DNA of 64,000 nucleotides from Pedobacter sp. (GTDB lineage: Bacteria > Desulfobacterota > Desulfuromonadia > Desulfuromonadales > Syntrophotaleaceae), in assembly GCA_050253415.1 (NCBI GenBank), contig JBFWJC010000001.1:1160679-1224678 (forward strand). The letters are read 5' to 3'. The position numbers were made by a program, and so were the translations under genes. Below the pieces are notes generated by a model, which was not told the origin of the DNA, did no database searches, and saw nothing but the letters and a program-made list of their open reading frames with translations. This document shows positions 40,529 through 50,140 of this stretch, piece after piece; positions within the stretch are counted from its first letter, which is position 1; each line of letters starts with the position of its first letter.

Positions 40529-42562
40529 TTATTGCCGATTAAACCGGGTTGTGGATCTCATCTGCCGTAGACCTTGGTCCGAATGTTTGGTTTTAAAAAT
40601 CCAAAGACAATAAAGCTTTTCATAAAATAGTTGATTATCATCAGCATATTTGACGGGAAAAATCAGTTTTGGAATGTTGCCGTGAGGACTTTTCCCGGCT
40701 ATCAAAGTGATAGCACAATTGAGAGTTTTAATTGGAGTATTCTCGTCGAGTACGAAAACTTTCAGACTGTTTGTTAGTTCAGAAAGGTTTATAGCAAGGT
40801 CTGATATGTTAAGTATCAAAATTGCCTTTAACTGTCCATTCATTTTCAGTGAAAAGATTTCGCGCTCTTTTTTAATGTTAATTCTTTTATATTCAGAGCC
40901 GAGATTATCCTGTTCCAAAGACTCTGACTCCAAATCCAGCGCACTGATTAGTAATCCGCCAGATAGGCTTTCATAGTAAGCTGCAAAGTCAAGCATATCC
41001 TCCTTGGATGCTTTCTTTAATTCCCAAGGCCCCGTCAGGTCCCAATCGCAAGTTTCAGTTATGTCCTGGTGGTAATAAGCAAAAGTATCAATTGAGCAAC
41101 TTTTGGGATCGTTGAGTTCTTCAGTTACGCCGCCAAAGACACGTTTTGGAAAACGATTTTCGGGGCGGAAATAACAAATTACATAATCCATATGCATGGA
41201 ATAAATGCTGTGTGAATCGTTGATAAAACTTCCTATTTGGTTAAGTACGGCTATGCCCGCCTTGCGGCCTTTGGTTCCTTTGGCGGCATGATGGTGTATC
41301 ATCCACGCTTTTTCATAAAAACGTAGTGTTGAAATATGACCAAGAATAGCACCTTTGTCTCTATAGATGAAATGGCGGGCAATGTTGGGGTTTTCAGTGT
41401 AAAGGGTTTGATAGACCTGCTTTGCCCTTTCTTTGTTCTCTTGCAGGTGCTTGTATTTCTGTGGGTATATAAATCCCGATTCAAAAAAGAAATGCCAAAG
41501 CTCGTCCATGTCTACGGTGTCACAAATGTATGCATTAGGGTCACAGGCATTTTGTAACAGCCCCAGAAGTTGCACGTGTTCGTTGACGGGCATGTCGAGA
41601 AAAACAATTCCGCACCGGCAGTTTTCTTTGTTGTCTTCCTCGAAAGTGGTCCGATGAATAATCTGGCCGTCAAAGGTCAATTGGAAGTTGTTGGTAAAGC
41701 GAAGTTTGACGTTTTTAAGGAACATGCCAGGCAGCAGTACCGGGTTGCTGCGATCCTCCTCGACCGATAAACCTGAGCCGGAGATATTGACAACCTTTAG
41801 ATTTACAAGCTTTTTGGTCAGAGGATGCGAGAACACAATGCTGGGAAGAGGTAATAGCTCCTGTCGAGTGCTCCGCGACTTTTTCGCCCTGAAGCGTTTG
41901 GTATTGTCCGTAGTCGGGCAGAGAACGAACTCCCTGTTTTGTTTGGCGATGCTTTCACGAACGATTTTGCATTCTCCGCAAAAGATTGTCTGGTGACCGT
42001 CCTGGAAAAGTATGTTGACGGGAAGTTCTGAATTTAACCACTGGTAGGATTGGGGTGGTTCCAGTGCAATTTGTACGCAAAAGGACAAGGCGTTGAAGTC
42101 GGTCAGCTTACCTTGAAAAAGCGCACTGTTTTGTATCAGGGATACGCGGATGTCCGGACACCGATAGCGTTCTAATTTTCGGAGTCCGATTCTCGTGCAG
42201 GATTCCGGTAAATCGACCCTGATCCCCATGCCATTGTATTCAACGTGTGTGGCGGAAACTAGAAGTGAATCTCGTCCCATCGGTACGATAATGTTCTGAA
42301 GTTCAAACGATGAAAGGTTTGAAGGAATAGCGTCAGGGTCTTGCCATACGCAGTCCAGTTCCTTGCCGGAGCAGGGTAAAGGTGAGGCGTTGAGGGCAAT
42401 CGTACGATCAAAATGCTTATGTCGGAAATTGACGATTATATGCTTGTTTTGAAAGTTTAAATAATTTAGCCGATTGATAAGGATATCTCTGGCTATTTGT
42501 TTTTGCTGCTCCGTTTGGACAGGGGAGACAGCTAACTCAGAGCCGTTAATCATAGCTTCCAC
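40529..42562 (-). CDS. multi-PilZ protein with C-terminal putative GNAT-like domain
   Basis: RKLER...DFNALS and RSTR...NISGSG PilZ-like repeats. The C-terminal alpha/beta domain assignment is inferred. Confidence 0.7.
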   Translation of the reverse strand: MEAMINGSELAVSPVQTEQQKQIARDILINRLNYLNFQNKHIIVNFRHKHFDRTIALNASPLPCSGKELDCVWQDPDAIPSNLSSFELQNIIVPMGRDSLLVSATHVEYNGMGIRVDLPESCTRIGLRKLERYRCPDIRVSLIQNSALFQGKLTDFNALSFCVQIALEPPQSYQWLNSELPVNILFQDGHQTIFCGECKIVRESIAKQNREFVLCPTTDNTKRFRAKKSRSTRQELLPLPSIVFSHPLTKKLVNLKVVNISGSGLSVEEDRSNPVLLPGMFLKNVKLRFTNNFQLTFDGQIIHRTTFEEDNKENCRCGIVFLDMPVNEHVQLLGLLQNACDPNAYICDTVDMDELWHFFFESGFIYPQKYKHLQENKERAKQVYQTLYTENPNIARHFIYRDKGAILGHISTLRFYEKAWMIHHHAAKGTKGRKAGIAVLNQIGSFINDSHSIYSMHMDYVICYFRPENRFPKRVFGGVTEELNDPKSCSIDTFAYYHQDITETCDWDLTGPWELKKASKEDMLDFAAYYESLSGGLLISALDLESESLEQDNLGSEYKRINIKKEREIFSLKMNGQLKAILILNISDLAINLSELTNSLKVFVLDENTPIKTLNCAITLIAGKSPHGNIPKLIFPVKYADDNQLFYEKLYCLWIFKTKHSDQGLRQMRSTTRFNRQ

Positions 42563-42604
42563 ATTACACCTGCAGTTTCAGTTGTTGCAAATCATTAAAG
42601 ATGT

Positions 42605-44887
42605 TCAGGCATGGACCCGATCAGGAAAGCTGCGGGTAAAGTTCTGTACTGCATCGCTGGCTTGCCGATGGAGGCCAACGAACTCAACGCCGAATCCGGA
42701 AGGGAAGGCAAGTTTGCGGGGCAAGGACGGGTGGTTTACCCAGGCGACTCGCCCTCCCGCTTCTATGATATTGCTGGGGCTGTTGGGGAGAAAAAAGGAG
42801 AGTTTTATCGGGGTACCTTCGCTGATTGCGGTATTGCTTGCGACAAAAATGCCCCCGGCACTTATGTCTGTACTTGTCCCGAAAATTGAGTGGCCCTGGT
42901 TTTCAAAAACGACCGGTGTACGGCAAGGTACGCGCACGATTTCGCGTTTTATCGCAGGCGCCTGACGCAACATGCGTTCGTAATCTTCGGGATATGTCTT
43001 TTTGAAATAACTTAAAAAGGCTTTTACGATTTTTCCGTCAAAGTGGGAGAAAGCTTCCTGTTTCAACACCTTGTAGGCGATATTCAGGGGCATGGGTTCC
43101 CGGTAGTGGCGTTGAGCCGTAATGGCTTCAAAAAAGTCCGCAACGGCAATGATTTTTGAACCGATAGGGATTTCTGCGTCTGTCAGCCCCTTTGGATAAC
43201 CACTGCCGTCGATTTTTTCATGGTGCGCTCCGGCAACGACCGGAACGCGTTTGTAGATACCTTCAAAGTTGATCTGTTTCAGGATGCTATGACTTTGTTG
43301 AGCGTGGGTTTTGACAATATCGTATTCTTCAACCGTCAACCTGCCGGCTTTTTTGAGGATGGCGTCGGGGACAGCAATCTTTCCATAGTCGTGCAAAAGC
43401 GCAGCGACTCGGACCATCTCACAATAATCTTCGGACAAGTTCAGTTCCCTGCAGATACCCAGAGAATATTCCGTAACTTTTTCGGAATGGCCGGCTGTCA
43501 GGGGATCTCTCGCGTCGATGGTGGCTGCCAAAACATGCAAGGTGGAGTTAAACTGACGCTTGCGCGATGCCAGCAACTGCGCGTTGCGGATGCTCACCCC
43601 GATAACGCTGGCAAGACCGCTGAGTAAGTTCAGATCGCTTTGCGTCAGCGGGCGATGCGTATGGGTATGATCGACAGTCAGCACGCCAAGCGCCTTGCCA
43701 TCACACAGGATCGGACAGCAAATGACCGCACGGCAACCTGTTTTTCGTAGAAAATTAAGGCTGTAGTCAGGCAGGTTTCCCTGTGGTTCATCGATATCGT
43801 TGATGAGAAAAGGTTTCATTTCCCGGAAAACAATGGTGAAGATGTCTTCCGTTGGGCGTGTGCTCAGGGGGAACAGGGTGTTTTTAAGAAGTAGTTTTAC
43901 GCGGGGAGGAAGCCCAAAACCGACACGAAAATTCAGTCGGGTTTTGTCCGCATCCGCGAGCAGAATCAGGCCTCTGTCAAAATCAAGACGTTTTTCAAAT
44001 GTTTGCGAGACACTTTGAAGAATATCTTCGATCGTCGTTTTGCTGCTGATAGCCTGCGAAATCTCATTGGTAAGCAAGGCATTGTTGTAGTTTCTGCTTA
44101 TTTGATCAACCATCTCTTCGGAAGCGTTGCGCATGTGCAAAAGGCTTTTGGAGAGATGTTTTTTTTGAAGATGATCGGTAATCATCGATATCCCGAAAAA
44201 AAATCCTGCAGACACCGGTAGTGTCGCCTGTAAGGCAATCTGCGGGTCAAAAAAACAGGTGATCGCTGGCGCAGTCAGGGCAGCAACGCCCGATAACTTA
44301 CGGACTTTTTGAAAGGTTTGACAGAGGGATGGTTTCCAGTTGATCAGGTAGAGGCAGTATTCATGCTGACGGTTGACACATTCAGGATGGTCAATGCGTG
44401 GTATCTCCAGGTCGAAGACGGTCACAATCGCTTCGAATATCCCTTTGCGAAATTGACATTGGCCAGAATTTTCCGTGATACCTGGAAGCGTTTTGACTTT
44501 TATTTCTATTTGGCTCGGACCGAGTTGTCTGCATTCAATGGTGCAGGAATGCACAAGGTTGGCCATGGTTTGTTTCAGGTTTTTAAATGCATTGGCGGGG
44601 GATGCAAAACCTAGGATGTATTGGCGGATGAGCCCATTAGTTTCAGGAGCGGCGGCAAAACGTCCTGCCTCTCGCGCAATTTGGGGGTCGCCAGTTTCCT
44701 TCGTGATGTTTTCGTAAAAAGAATCAAATTTTTGTTGCGTGAACCAGTAGTGGGGATCCGCTACTTCGTGGGGCTGGATGTTTGATTTTTTTAATAAAGA
44801 GTCGATCTTGATATGATCATACTTCTGGCGGAGAAGTTTGAGGTAAATATTGAATATTTTGCTGTTGTATAGAGGCTCGCCGCTCAT
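42605..44887 (-). CDS. membrane-anchored HD-GYP c-di-GMP phosphodiesterase with PilZ (paralog 2)
   Basis: Same architecture as paralog 1: LLHDYGK, HHEKIDGSGYP, PilZ motifs REIVR and DISAGG. Confidence 0.88.
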   Translation of the reverse strand: MSGEPLYNSKIFNIYLKLLRQKYDHIKIDSLLKKSNIQPHEVADPHYWFTQQKFDSFYENITKETGDPQIAREAGRFAAAPETNGLIRQYILGFASPANAFKNLKQTMANLVHSCTIECRQLGPSQIEIKVKTLPGITENSGQCQFRKGIFEAIVTVFDLEIPRIDHPECVNRQHEYCLYLINWKPSLCQTFQKVRKLSGVAALTAPAITCFFDPQIALQATLPVSAGFFFGISMITDHLQKKHLSKSLLHMRNASEEMVDQISRNYNNALLTNEISQAISSKTTIEDILQSVSQTFEKRLDFDRGLILLADADKTRLNFRVGFGLPPRVKLLLKNTLFPLSTRPTEDIFTIVFREMKPFLINDIDEPQGNLPDYSLNFLRKTGCRAVICCPILCDGKALGVLTVDHTHTHRPLTQSDLNLLSGLASVIGVSIRNAQLLASRKRQFNSTLHVLAATIDARDPLTAGHSEKVTEYSLGICRELNLSEDYCEMVRVAALLHDYGKIAVPDAILKKAGRLTVEEYDIVKTHAQQSHSILKQINFEGIYKRVPVVAGAHHEKIDGSGYPKGLTDAEIPIGSKIIAVADFFEAITAQRHYREPMPLNIAYKVLKQEAFSHFDGKIVKAFLSYFKKTYPEDYERMLRQAPAIKREIVRVPCRTPVVFENQGHSIFGTSTDISAGGIFVASNTAISEGTPIKLSFFLPNSPSNIIEAGGRVAWVNHPSLPRKLAFPSGFGVEFVGLHRQASDAVQNFTRSFPDRVHA

Positions 44888-45387
44888 ATGACCTTAGCCC
44901 TTACCTTAGCCTTTATAGTGCTTTGAGTCTTGAAGAAAAATGTTGGTAATCGAATTCGGTATTTAAGACAGGTAAATTTTGTGCCAGAGTTTCTGTTTCC
45001 AAAACAGGCCGGAATAGAAATCTTTCACTTATCATACACTTCGCTGCGATTTTTGCAATTTATTCATTGTTGGTCAAGGCAATATATTGCTGATGTAAAA
45101 AGTTGGGGCCTGAATGGTTAGATGGTTCCATATAGGCATGCCCAATCTTTGTGGTGCGAGATTGGATGGGTGGGGTAACGGTCTGGATGTGTGTTGTTAA
45201 AAGAGTTCCGCCATAAACTCTTTTTGGCAAACTCAAATGAACATATTCCGGAGTACGGTACGATGGTTGGGAAACGCTTGATTGTACGGATTGCTACTAG
45301 TACAAATGGGAAAATGGCTTTGGTGTTGTCTGGTCTAACCACCCAGTACAGCAGTCAAGGTAGACGAAAAGTGGAAAATAAAATTGA

Positions 45388-46698
45388 CTATTCCGGACAG
45401 TTGTCGGGTTTACGTCGATTTTCAAATTCCTGCATACGTTTTTCGTAGCCTCTTTCAGATGAGTAATAAAAACGTTGCCCGCGCAAAGACTCGGGAAGGT
45501 AGTCCTGAGCGACCCAAGCCTCCGGATAGTCGTGTGGATAACGGTATCCGTCCCCGTAGCCGATATCTTTCATCAGGCGGGTCGGTGCGTTGCGCAGGTG
45601 GGCAGGTACAGGCAGAGCCCCGCTTTGACGTACTGTCGCCAAGGCCCGGTCGATGGCGAGGTAGGCCGCATTGCTTTTGGGGGCGCATGCCAGGTAGGTA
45701 GCCGCTTGAGCAAGCGGGATCCGGCCTTCGGGCATGCCGATGAAATGCACTGCCTGTTGCGTCGCAACTGCCAGTTGCAGTCCGCGGGGGTCTGCATTGC
45801 CGACATCCTCCGCAGCAAAAATAACCATACGTCGAGCGATGAATAGGGGATCTTCTCCCGCTTCTATCATGCGGGCCAGCCAATACAGGGCTGCGTCAGG
45901 GTCGGATCCCCGGAGGCTTTTTATGAAGGCTGAAATGACGTTGTAATGTTCTTCGGCGCCTTTGTCGTAGCGCACTCCTCGCTGTTGCAACGCATCTTTG
46001 ATTGCCTGCAAATTGATGACAGATTGTCCTTTACTTAAATCGGCCGCCACTTCCAAGGCGTTCAAGGCAATGCGGGCATCGCCCTGGGCTTGTTCTGCGA
46101 GAAAGGCCAGGGCCTCCCTGTCTGTTTCGGGGAAAGTTCCGGACAAGCCACGGGTATCGGTCAGGGCTCGCTCCAGCAAATGTTCAATGTCAGGCGTTTC
46201 CAATGGGTGCAGTACAAATACGCGTGAGCGGGACAGCAAGGCAGAGTTTACTTCAAACGAAGGGTTTTCGGTGGTGGCACCGATAAGGGTGATATCACCT
46301 TTTTCCACATAGGGTAGGAATGCGTCCTGCTGGGCCTTGTTGAAGCGGTGTATTTCATCCACGAAGAGCAGAGTCTTGCGATCGTGGTAAGCACGTTCTT
46401 CTCGAGCTTTCTGAACGATTTCCCGGATTTCCTTGATGCCCTGAAGTACGGCCGAAAAGAACACGAAGCGGCTTCGGGTGGCCCCTGCTATGACCTGGGC
46501 CAGGGTGGTCTTGCCCGTTCCCGGCGGGCCCCAAAAAATAACAGAAGAGAGGCGGTCGGTTTCAATCAGGCGGCGCAACACCTTGTCTTTGCCAATCAGG
46601 TGCTGCTGTCCGACCATTTCTTCCAGGGTTCTGGGACGCATACGTTCAGCCATGGGAGCCTGCGCATTTACATGCATGTCGTTTTCAAAAAGATCCAC
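45388..46698 (-). CDS. rarA: replication-associated recombination protein A (MgsA)
   Basis: PMAERMRP, GPPGTGKT, DEIHRF, SAFIKS.RGSDPDA. Start uncertain. Confidence 0.95.
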   Translation of the reverse strand: MDLFENDMHVNAQAPMAERMRPRTLEEMVGQQHLIGKDKVLRRLIETDRLSSVIFWGPPGTGKTTLAQVIAGATRSRFVFFSAVLQGIKEIREIVQKAREERAYHDRKTLLFVDEIHRFNKAQQDAFLPYVEKGDITLIGATTENPSFEVNSALLSRSRVFVLHPLETPDIEHLLERALTDTRGLSGTFPETDREALAFLAEQAQGDARIALNALEVAADLSKGQSVINLQAIKDALQQRGVRYDKGAEEHYNVISAFIKSLRGSDPDAALYWLARMIEAGEDPLFIARRMVIFAAEDVGNADPRGLQLAVATQQAVHFIGMPEGRIPLAQAATYLACAPKSNAAYLAIDRALATVRQSGALPVPAHLRNAPTRLMKDIGYGDGYRYPHDYPEAWVAQDYLPESLRGQRFYYSSERGYEKRMQEFENRRKPDNCPE

Positions 46699-46916
46699 CT
46701 GTTTTGATCCTTGCTGCGAAAAAGAAATTTTGACTGCCTGTCTTTTCGGATGAATAGCAGGCTGAAGTATTTTCGTCATGCGGGAAACTCGAATGTAGCA
46801 TACATGTGATATCCCCCACAACTGTCAAAGAAGGGCTAAGTTCTTGAAAGTGATGGACTTTGCTCGAAGGGCTATGTTAGTTTTGCTCCTGGCTATCCAG
46901 GTGGAGAATGTGTGAC

Positions 46917-47774
46917 ATGAAAAAAATCGGTATATACGCGAAATGCAATCATCCTGACGCTGTTATGGTGGCGCGCGATGTTGTTTGCTGGTTACGTGAT
47001 CGCGGGCTGGAAGTTTTTCTGGAGAAAAGCCTTGCCCAGAATATAGGGGGGCAGGATGCGGGGTATGACCGCAGCCTCATTCCGGCCATGGTTGATCTTA
47101 TTATCGTGTTGGGCGGTGACGGTACGCTTATTTCGGTGGCTCGTCAGGTGTGCGGGCGTGATATTCCCATTCTCGGGGTTAACCTTGGCAGTCTCGGTTT
47201 TTTGACCGAGGTGACGCGCGGAGAATTGTACCTTTCGCTGGAAAAGGTTCTCCGGGGGGAGTTCACGCTTTCCGAGCGCATGATGCTGGAAGCCGTGGTC
47301 TGGCGGGAAGGCGTGGAAGCAGGAAGATTTTGTGTTCTCAACGATGTCGTGATTAACAAAGGGGCCATTGCTCGTATCATCGACATGGAAGTATCTGTTG
47401 ATGCCGCATATTTAACAACTTTCAAGGCCGACGGCTTGATAATTGCAACGCCAACCGGATCGACGGCTTATAATCTTTCCGCAGGGGGGCCGATCATTTC
47501 GCCAGGTTTGCATTGCCTGGTTGTTACACCGATCTGTCCTCACATGTTGGCAAATCGTCCCTTGATCGTTTCGGACACGGTATGTATTCGTATTGAGGTC
47601 AAATTCCGTGATCAGGATGTGCTGCTGACGGCAGACGGGCAGGTCGGGATGGCGCTGGAGGCCGGGGATGTGGTCGAAATTCGCAAGGCCCAGCGATGTA
47701 CCCGGCTGATAAAAAGCCTGTCCAAGGAATATTTTGAAGTGCTGCGTACCAAGTTGGGCTGGGGGGAACGTTGA
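46917..47774 (+). CDS. nadK: NAD+ kinase
   Basis: GGDGT, NLGSLGFL, ND, TPTGSTAY. Confidence 0.96.
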   Translation: MKKIGIYAKCNHPDAVMVARDVVCWLRDRGLEVFLEKSLAQNIGGQDAGYDRSLIPAMVDLIIVLGGDGTLISVARQVCGRDIPILGVNLGSLGFLTEVTRGELYLSLEKVLRGEFTLSERMMLEAVVWREGVEAGRFCVLNDVVINKGAIARIIDMEVSVDAAYLTTFKADGLIIATPTGSTAYNLSAGGPIISPGLHCLVVTPICPHMLANRPLIVSDTVCIRIEVKFRDQDVLLTADGQVGMALEAGDVVEIRKAQRCTRLIKSLSKEYFEVLRTKLGWGER

Positions 47775-47823
47775 ACCCGGATCCTCGGTACGTCTGCCGG
47801 GGTTGCTCAATCAAGGGGGAGCT

Positions 47824-49506
47824 ATGCTGACGGATCTCCATATCAGGCATTTCGCGATCATTGACCGACTGCATGTGTCATTCTGTCGCGGATTTAATGT
47901 GCTGACCGGTGAAACAGGAGCCGGTAAGTCGATCATTGTCGATGCTGTTGCACTTATTCTGGGTGGTCGGGCTAATCCTGACCTGGTAAGAACCGGAGAG
48001 GATGAAGCCGTCGTGGAGGCGGTATTCGATCTTTCCGATAAACCCCTGTTGCGCCGTGAATTGGATGAGGCTGGTTTCGGGGACGAAGACGAACTGTTGG
48101 TTAAGCGGGTGGTTAATCGCACCGGCCGCAACAAGATTTTTATCAACGGGTCCCTCGCCAAGTTGTCTCAATTGCAACCTTTGACCACCCGGTTGATGAA
48201 TATCTACGGCCAGCATGAGCACCAGAGTCTGCAGCGTGTCGAACATCATCTGGCCATGTTGGATCGTTTTGCGGGACTGACGGCTGATGTCGAAGACTAT
48301 TGCCAGTTGTTTTCCCACGTTCGTGAACAGGATGCGCGTCTTCAGGCTTTGGAAGAGGCTGAACAGCAGCGCCATGAACGCCTTGAGCAATTGAAGTTTC
48401 AGCAGGTGGAGCTGGCCTCCGCCGAGCTCAAGGAGACGGAGGAGGACGACCTTCAAGCGGAACGGCGCCTGATTCAGAATTCCGAGCGGCTGGTGCGGGT
48501 AGCCGAACGCGGCTACGAAGCTTTTTATGCTGCTGAAGGGGCAATCAGCGAGCAGCTTGATACGATTGCCGGCGAACTGGAGAAGCTCCGTGATGTCGAC
48601 CCGTTTTTGGTGGAGCCCGCCGAGGAAATCCGCAGTGCCTTGTACGTGGTTGAGGATGTTGCCTTCAAACTTCGGGAGTATGCAAGCCGCGTGTCTTTCG
48701 ATCCGGCCCGGCAGGCCGAGGTTGAAAAACGCCTTGACCTTATTGCAAGCCTCAAACGCAAATACGGCATGAGCGTTGGCGATCTGATCGCCCATGCCAA
48801 GGCCATCACCGATCAGATCGAAGATTTAACTCATGCCGATGCCCGGCGCGAAAGTTTGAAACAAAAACTGGTTGTCGATCGGGAGTCTCTTCTTGCCAAG
48901 GCCCAGGAACTTTCTGCTCGCCGTTGTGAAGCGGCCGAACAGTTGCGCTCCGCCGTGGAGGTAGAATTGGCTGATTTGGCCATGCAGCGTGCTTCATTTG
49001 AAATGCGTCTGTTTCCGCTTGACGATCCTGGTCCTCTGGGGCTTGAACGCGGCGAGTTCTACCTTGCGCCCAACGCGGGGGAGGCCCCCAAACCTTTGGC
49101 ATGGATTGCCTCTGGCGGCGAATTGTCGCGTATCATGCTGGCCTTGCGGCGAGCTGCGCCCGGGGGGGATGAAATTTCGACCCTGATTTTCGACGAAGTC
49201 GACGCGGGGGTCGGGGGGGTTGCCGCAAGCGCCATCGGGGCTAAGCTTCGGGATATTGCCGACCAGGCTCAGGTGCTCTGTGTTACTCATCTGCCGCAAG
49301 TCGCCGCCTGCGCCGATCATCACTACCGGATTCAGAAACAGGAAAAAGATGGAAGGACCTTTACCGAGCTGGTTTCGTTGCAGGGTGAACAGCGGGTAGA
49401 GGAAATGGCGCGAATGTTAGGCGGAGCCCAAGTGACCGAACGCACTTTGGAGCATGCGCGAGAAATCATCGGTCAGTCCATGTCGGGGCAACAAGGGGAG
49501 GGTTGA
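47824..49506 (+). CDS. recN: DNA repair protein RecN
   Basis: TGETGAGKS, ASGGELSR, FDEVD, THLPQVA. Confidence 0.97.
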   Translation: MLTDLHIRHFAIIDRLHVSFCRGFNVLTGETGAGKSIIVDAVALILGGRANPDLVRTGEDEAVVEAVFDLSDKPLLRRELDEAGFGDEDELLVKRVVNRTGRNKIFINGSLAKLSQLQPLTTRLMNIYGQHEHQSLQRVEHHLAMLDRFAGLTADVEDYCQLFSHVREQDARLQALEEAEQQRHERLEQLKFQQVELASAELKETEEDDLQAERRLIQNSERLVRVAERGYEAFYAAEGAISEQLDTIAGELEKLRDVDPFLVEPAEEIRSALYVVEDVAFKLREYASRVSFDPARQAEVEKRLDLIASLKRKYGMSVGDLIAHAKAITDQIEDLTHADARRESLKQKLVVDRESLLAKAQELSARRCEAAEQLRSAVEVELADLAMQRASFEMRLFPLDDPGPLGLERGEFYLAPNAGEAPKPLAWIASGGELSRIMLALRRAAPGGDEISTLIFDEVDAGVGGVAASAIGAKLRDIADQAQVLCVTHLPQVAACADHHYRIQKQEKDGRTFTELVSLQGEQRVEEMARMLGGAQVTERTLEHAREIIGQSMSGQQGEG

Positions 49507-49961
49507 ATTTTATGATCCGGAAAGCGCGTATTCCAGATGTCAAAGTTGTTCACAAGTTGCTGCTCAGTTATGCACAAGAGGGGCTCATGTTGTCGCGTTC
49601 CCTTGCCGACATGTATGAGTGCCTGCGCGATTTTTATATCCTTGAGCAAGACGACGAAGTGATTGGCGCGGTTGCGCTGCATATCTGTTGGGAAGATCTG
49701 GCGGAAATCAGGTCTTTGGCCGTCTCGCAAGCGCACGAGCGTCGAGGGGTGGGCCGCCAGCTCGTACAGGCATGCCTTGACGAAGCCCGCACACTCGGGT
49801 TGAAACAGGTTTTTGCGCTGACTTATCAGCCTGGTTTTTTTGAAAAGATGGGGTTCGATTATATCGAGAAATCCGAACTTCCTCAAAAAATCTGGAGTGA
49901 CTGTCTGAAGTGCCCGAAATTTCCTGATTGTGATGAAATCGCTATGAGCATCCGGCTCTGA
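49503..49961 (+). CDS. short GNAT N-acetyltransferase (ArgA-like)
   Basis: LAEIRSLAV, RRGVG, FFEKMGF, LPQKIWSDC..C. argJ is nearby. Confidence 0.85.
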   Translation: MNFMIRKARIPDVKVVHKLLLSYAQEGLMLSRSLADMYECLRDFYILEQDDEVIGAVALHICWEDLAEIRSLAVSQAHERRGVGRQLVQACLDEARTLGLKQVFALTYQPGFFEKMGFDYIEKSELPQKIWSDCLKCPKFPDCDEIAMSIRL

Positions 49962-50140
49962 CAGGGGGGGGCGGCGGGTAGTAATTCCGGGGCGTTCCGG
50001 GGTGCTTTGCATTTTGATTGAGCAGTTGGGACAAGCGTTTGCGGTCAAAGGAAGATGTTTTTAATCCTTGACAGGTCCTGACCTTTTCCATTAATAACTT
50101 TTAGCTACTGTTTGTTCCTGCCGTTACCAAGGAGGTTTTT

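Noticed and set aside
44888..45387. c-di-GMP (GEMM-I) riboswitch upstream of the HD-GYP genes or in the 59-60 kb spacer
   Set aside because: The GGCAAA...GAAA...ACGCAAA architecture could not be found on either strand by eye
35870..45387. Island as a mobile element
   Set aside because: No integrase, transposase, tRNA target or flanking direct repeats seen; only a compositional shift
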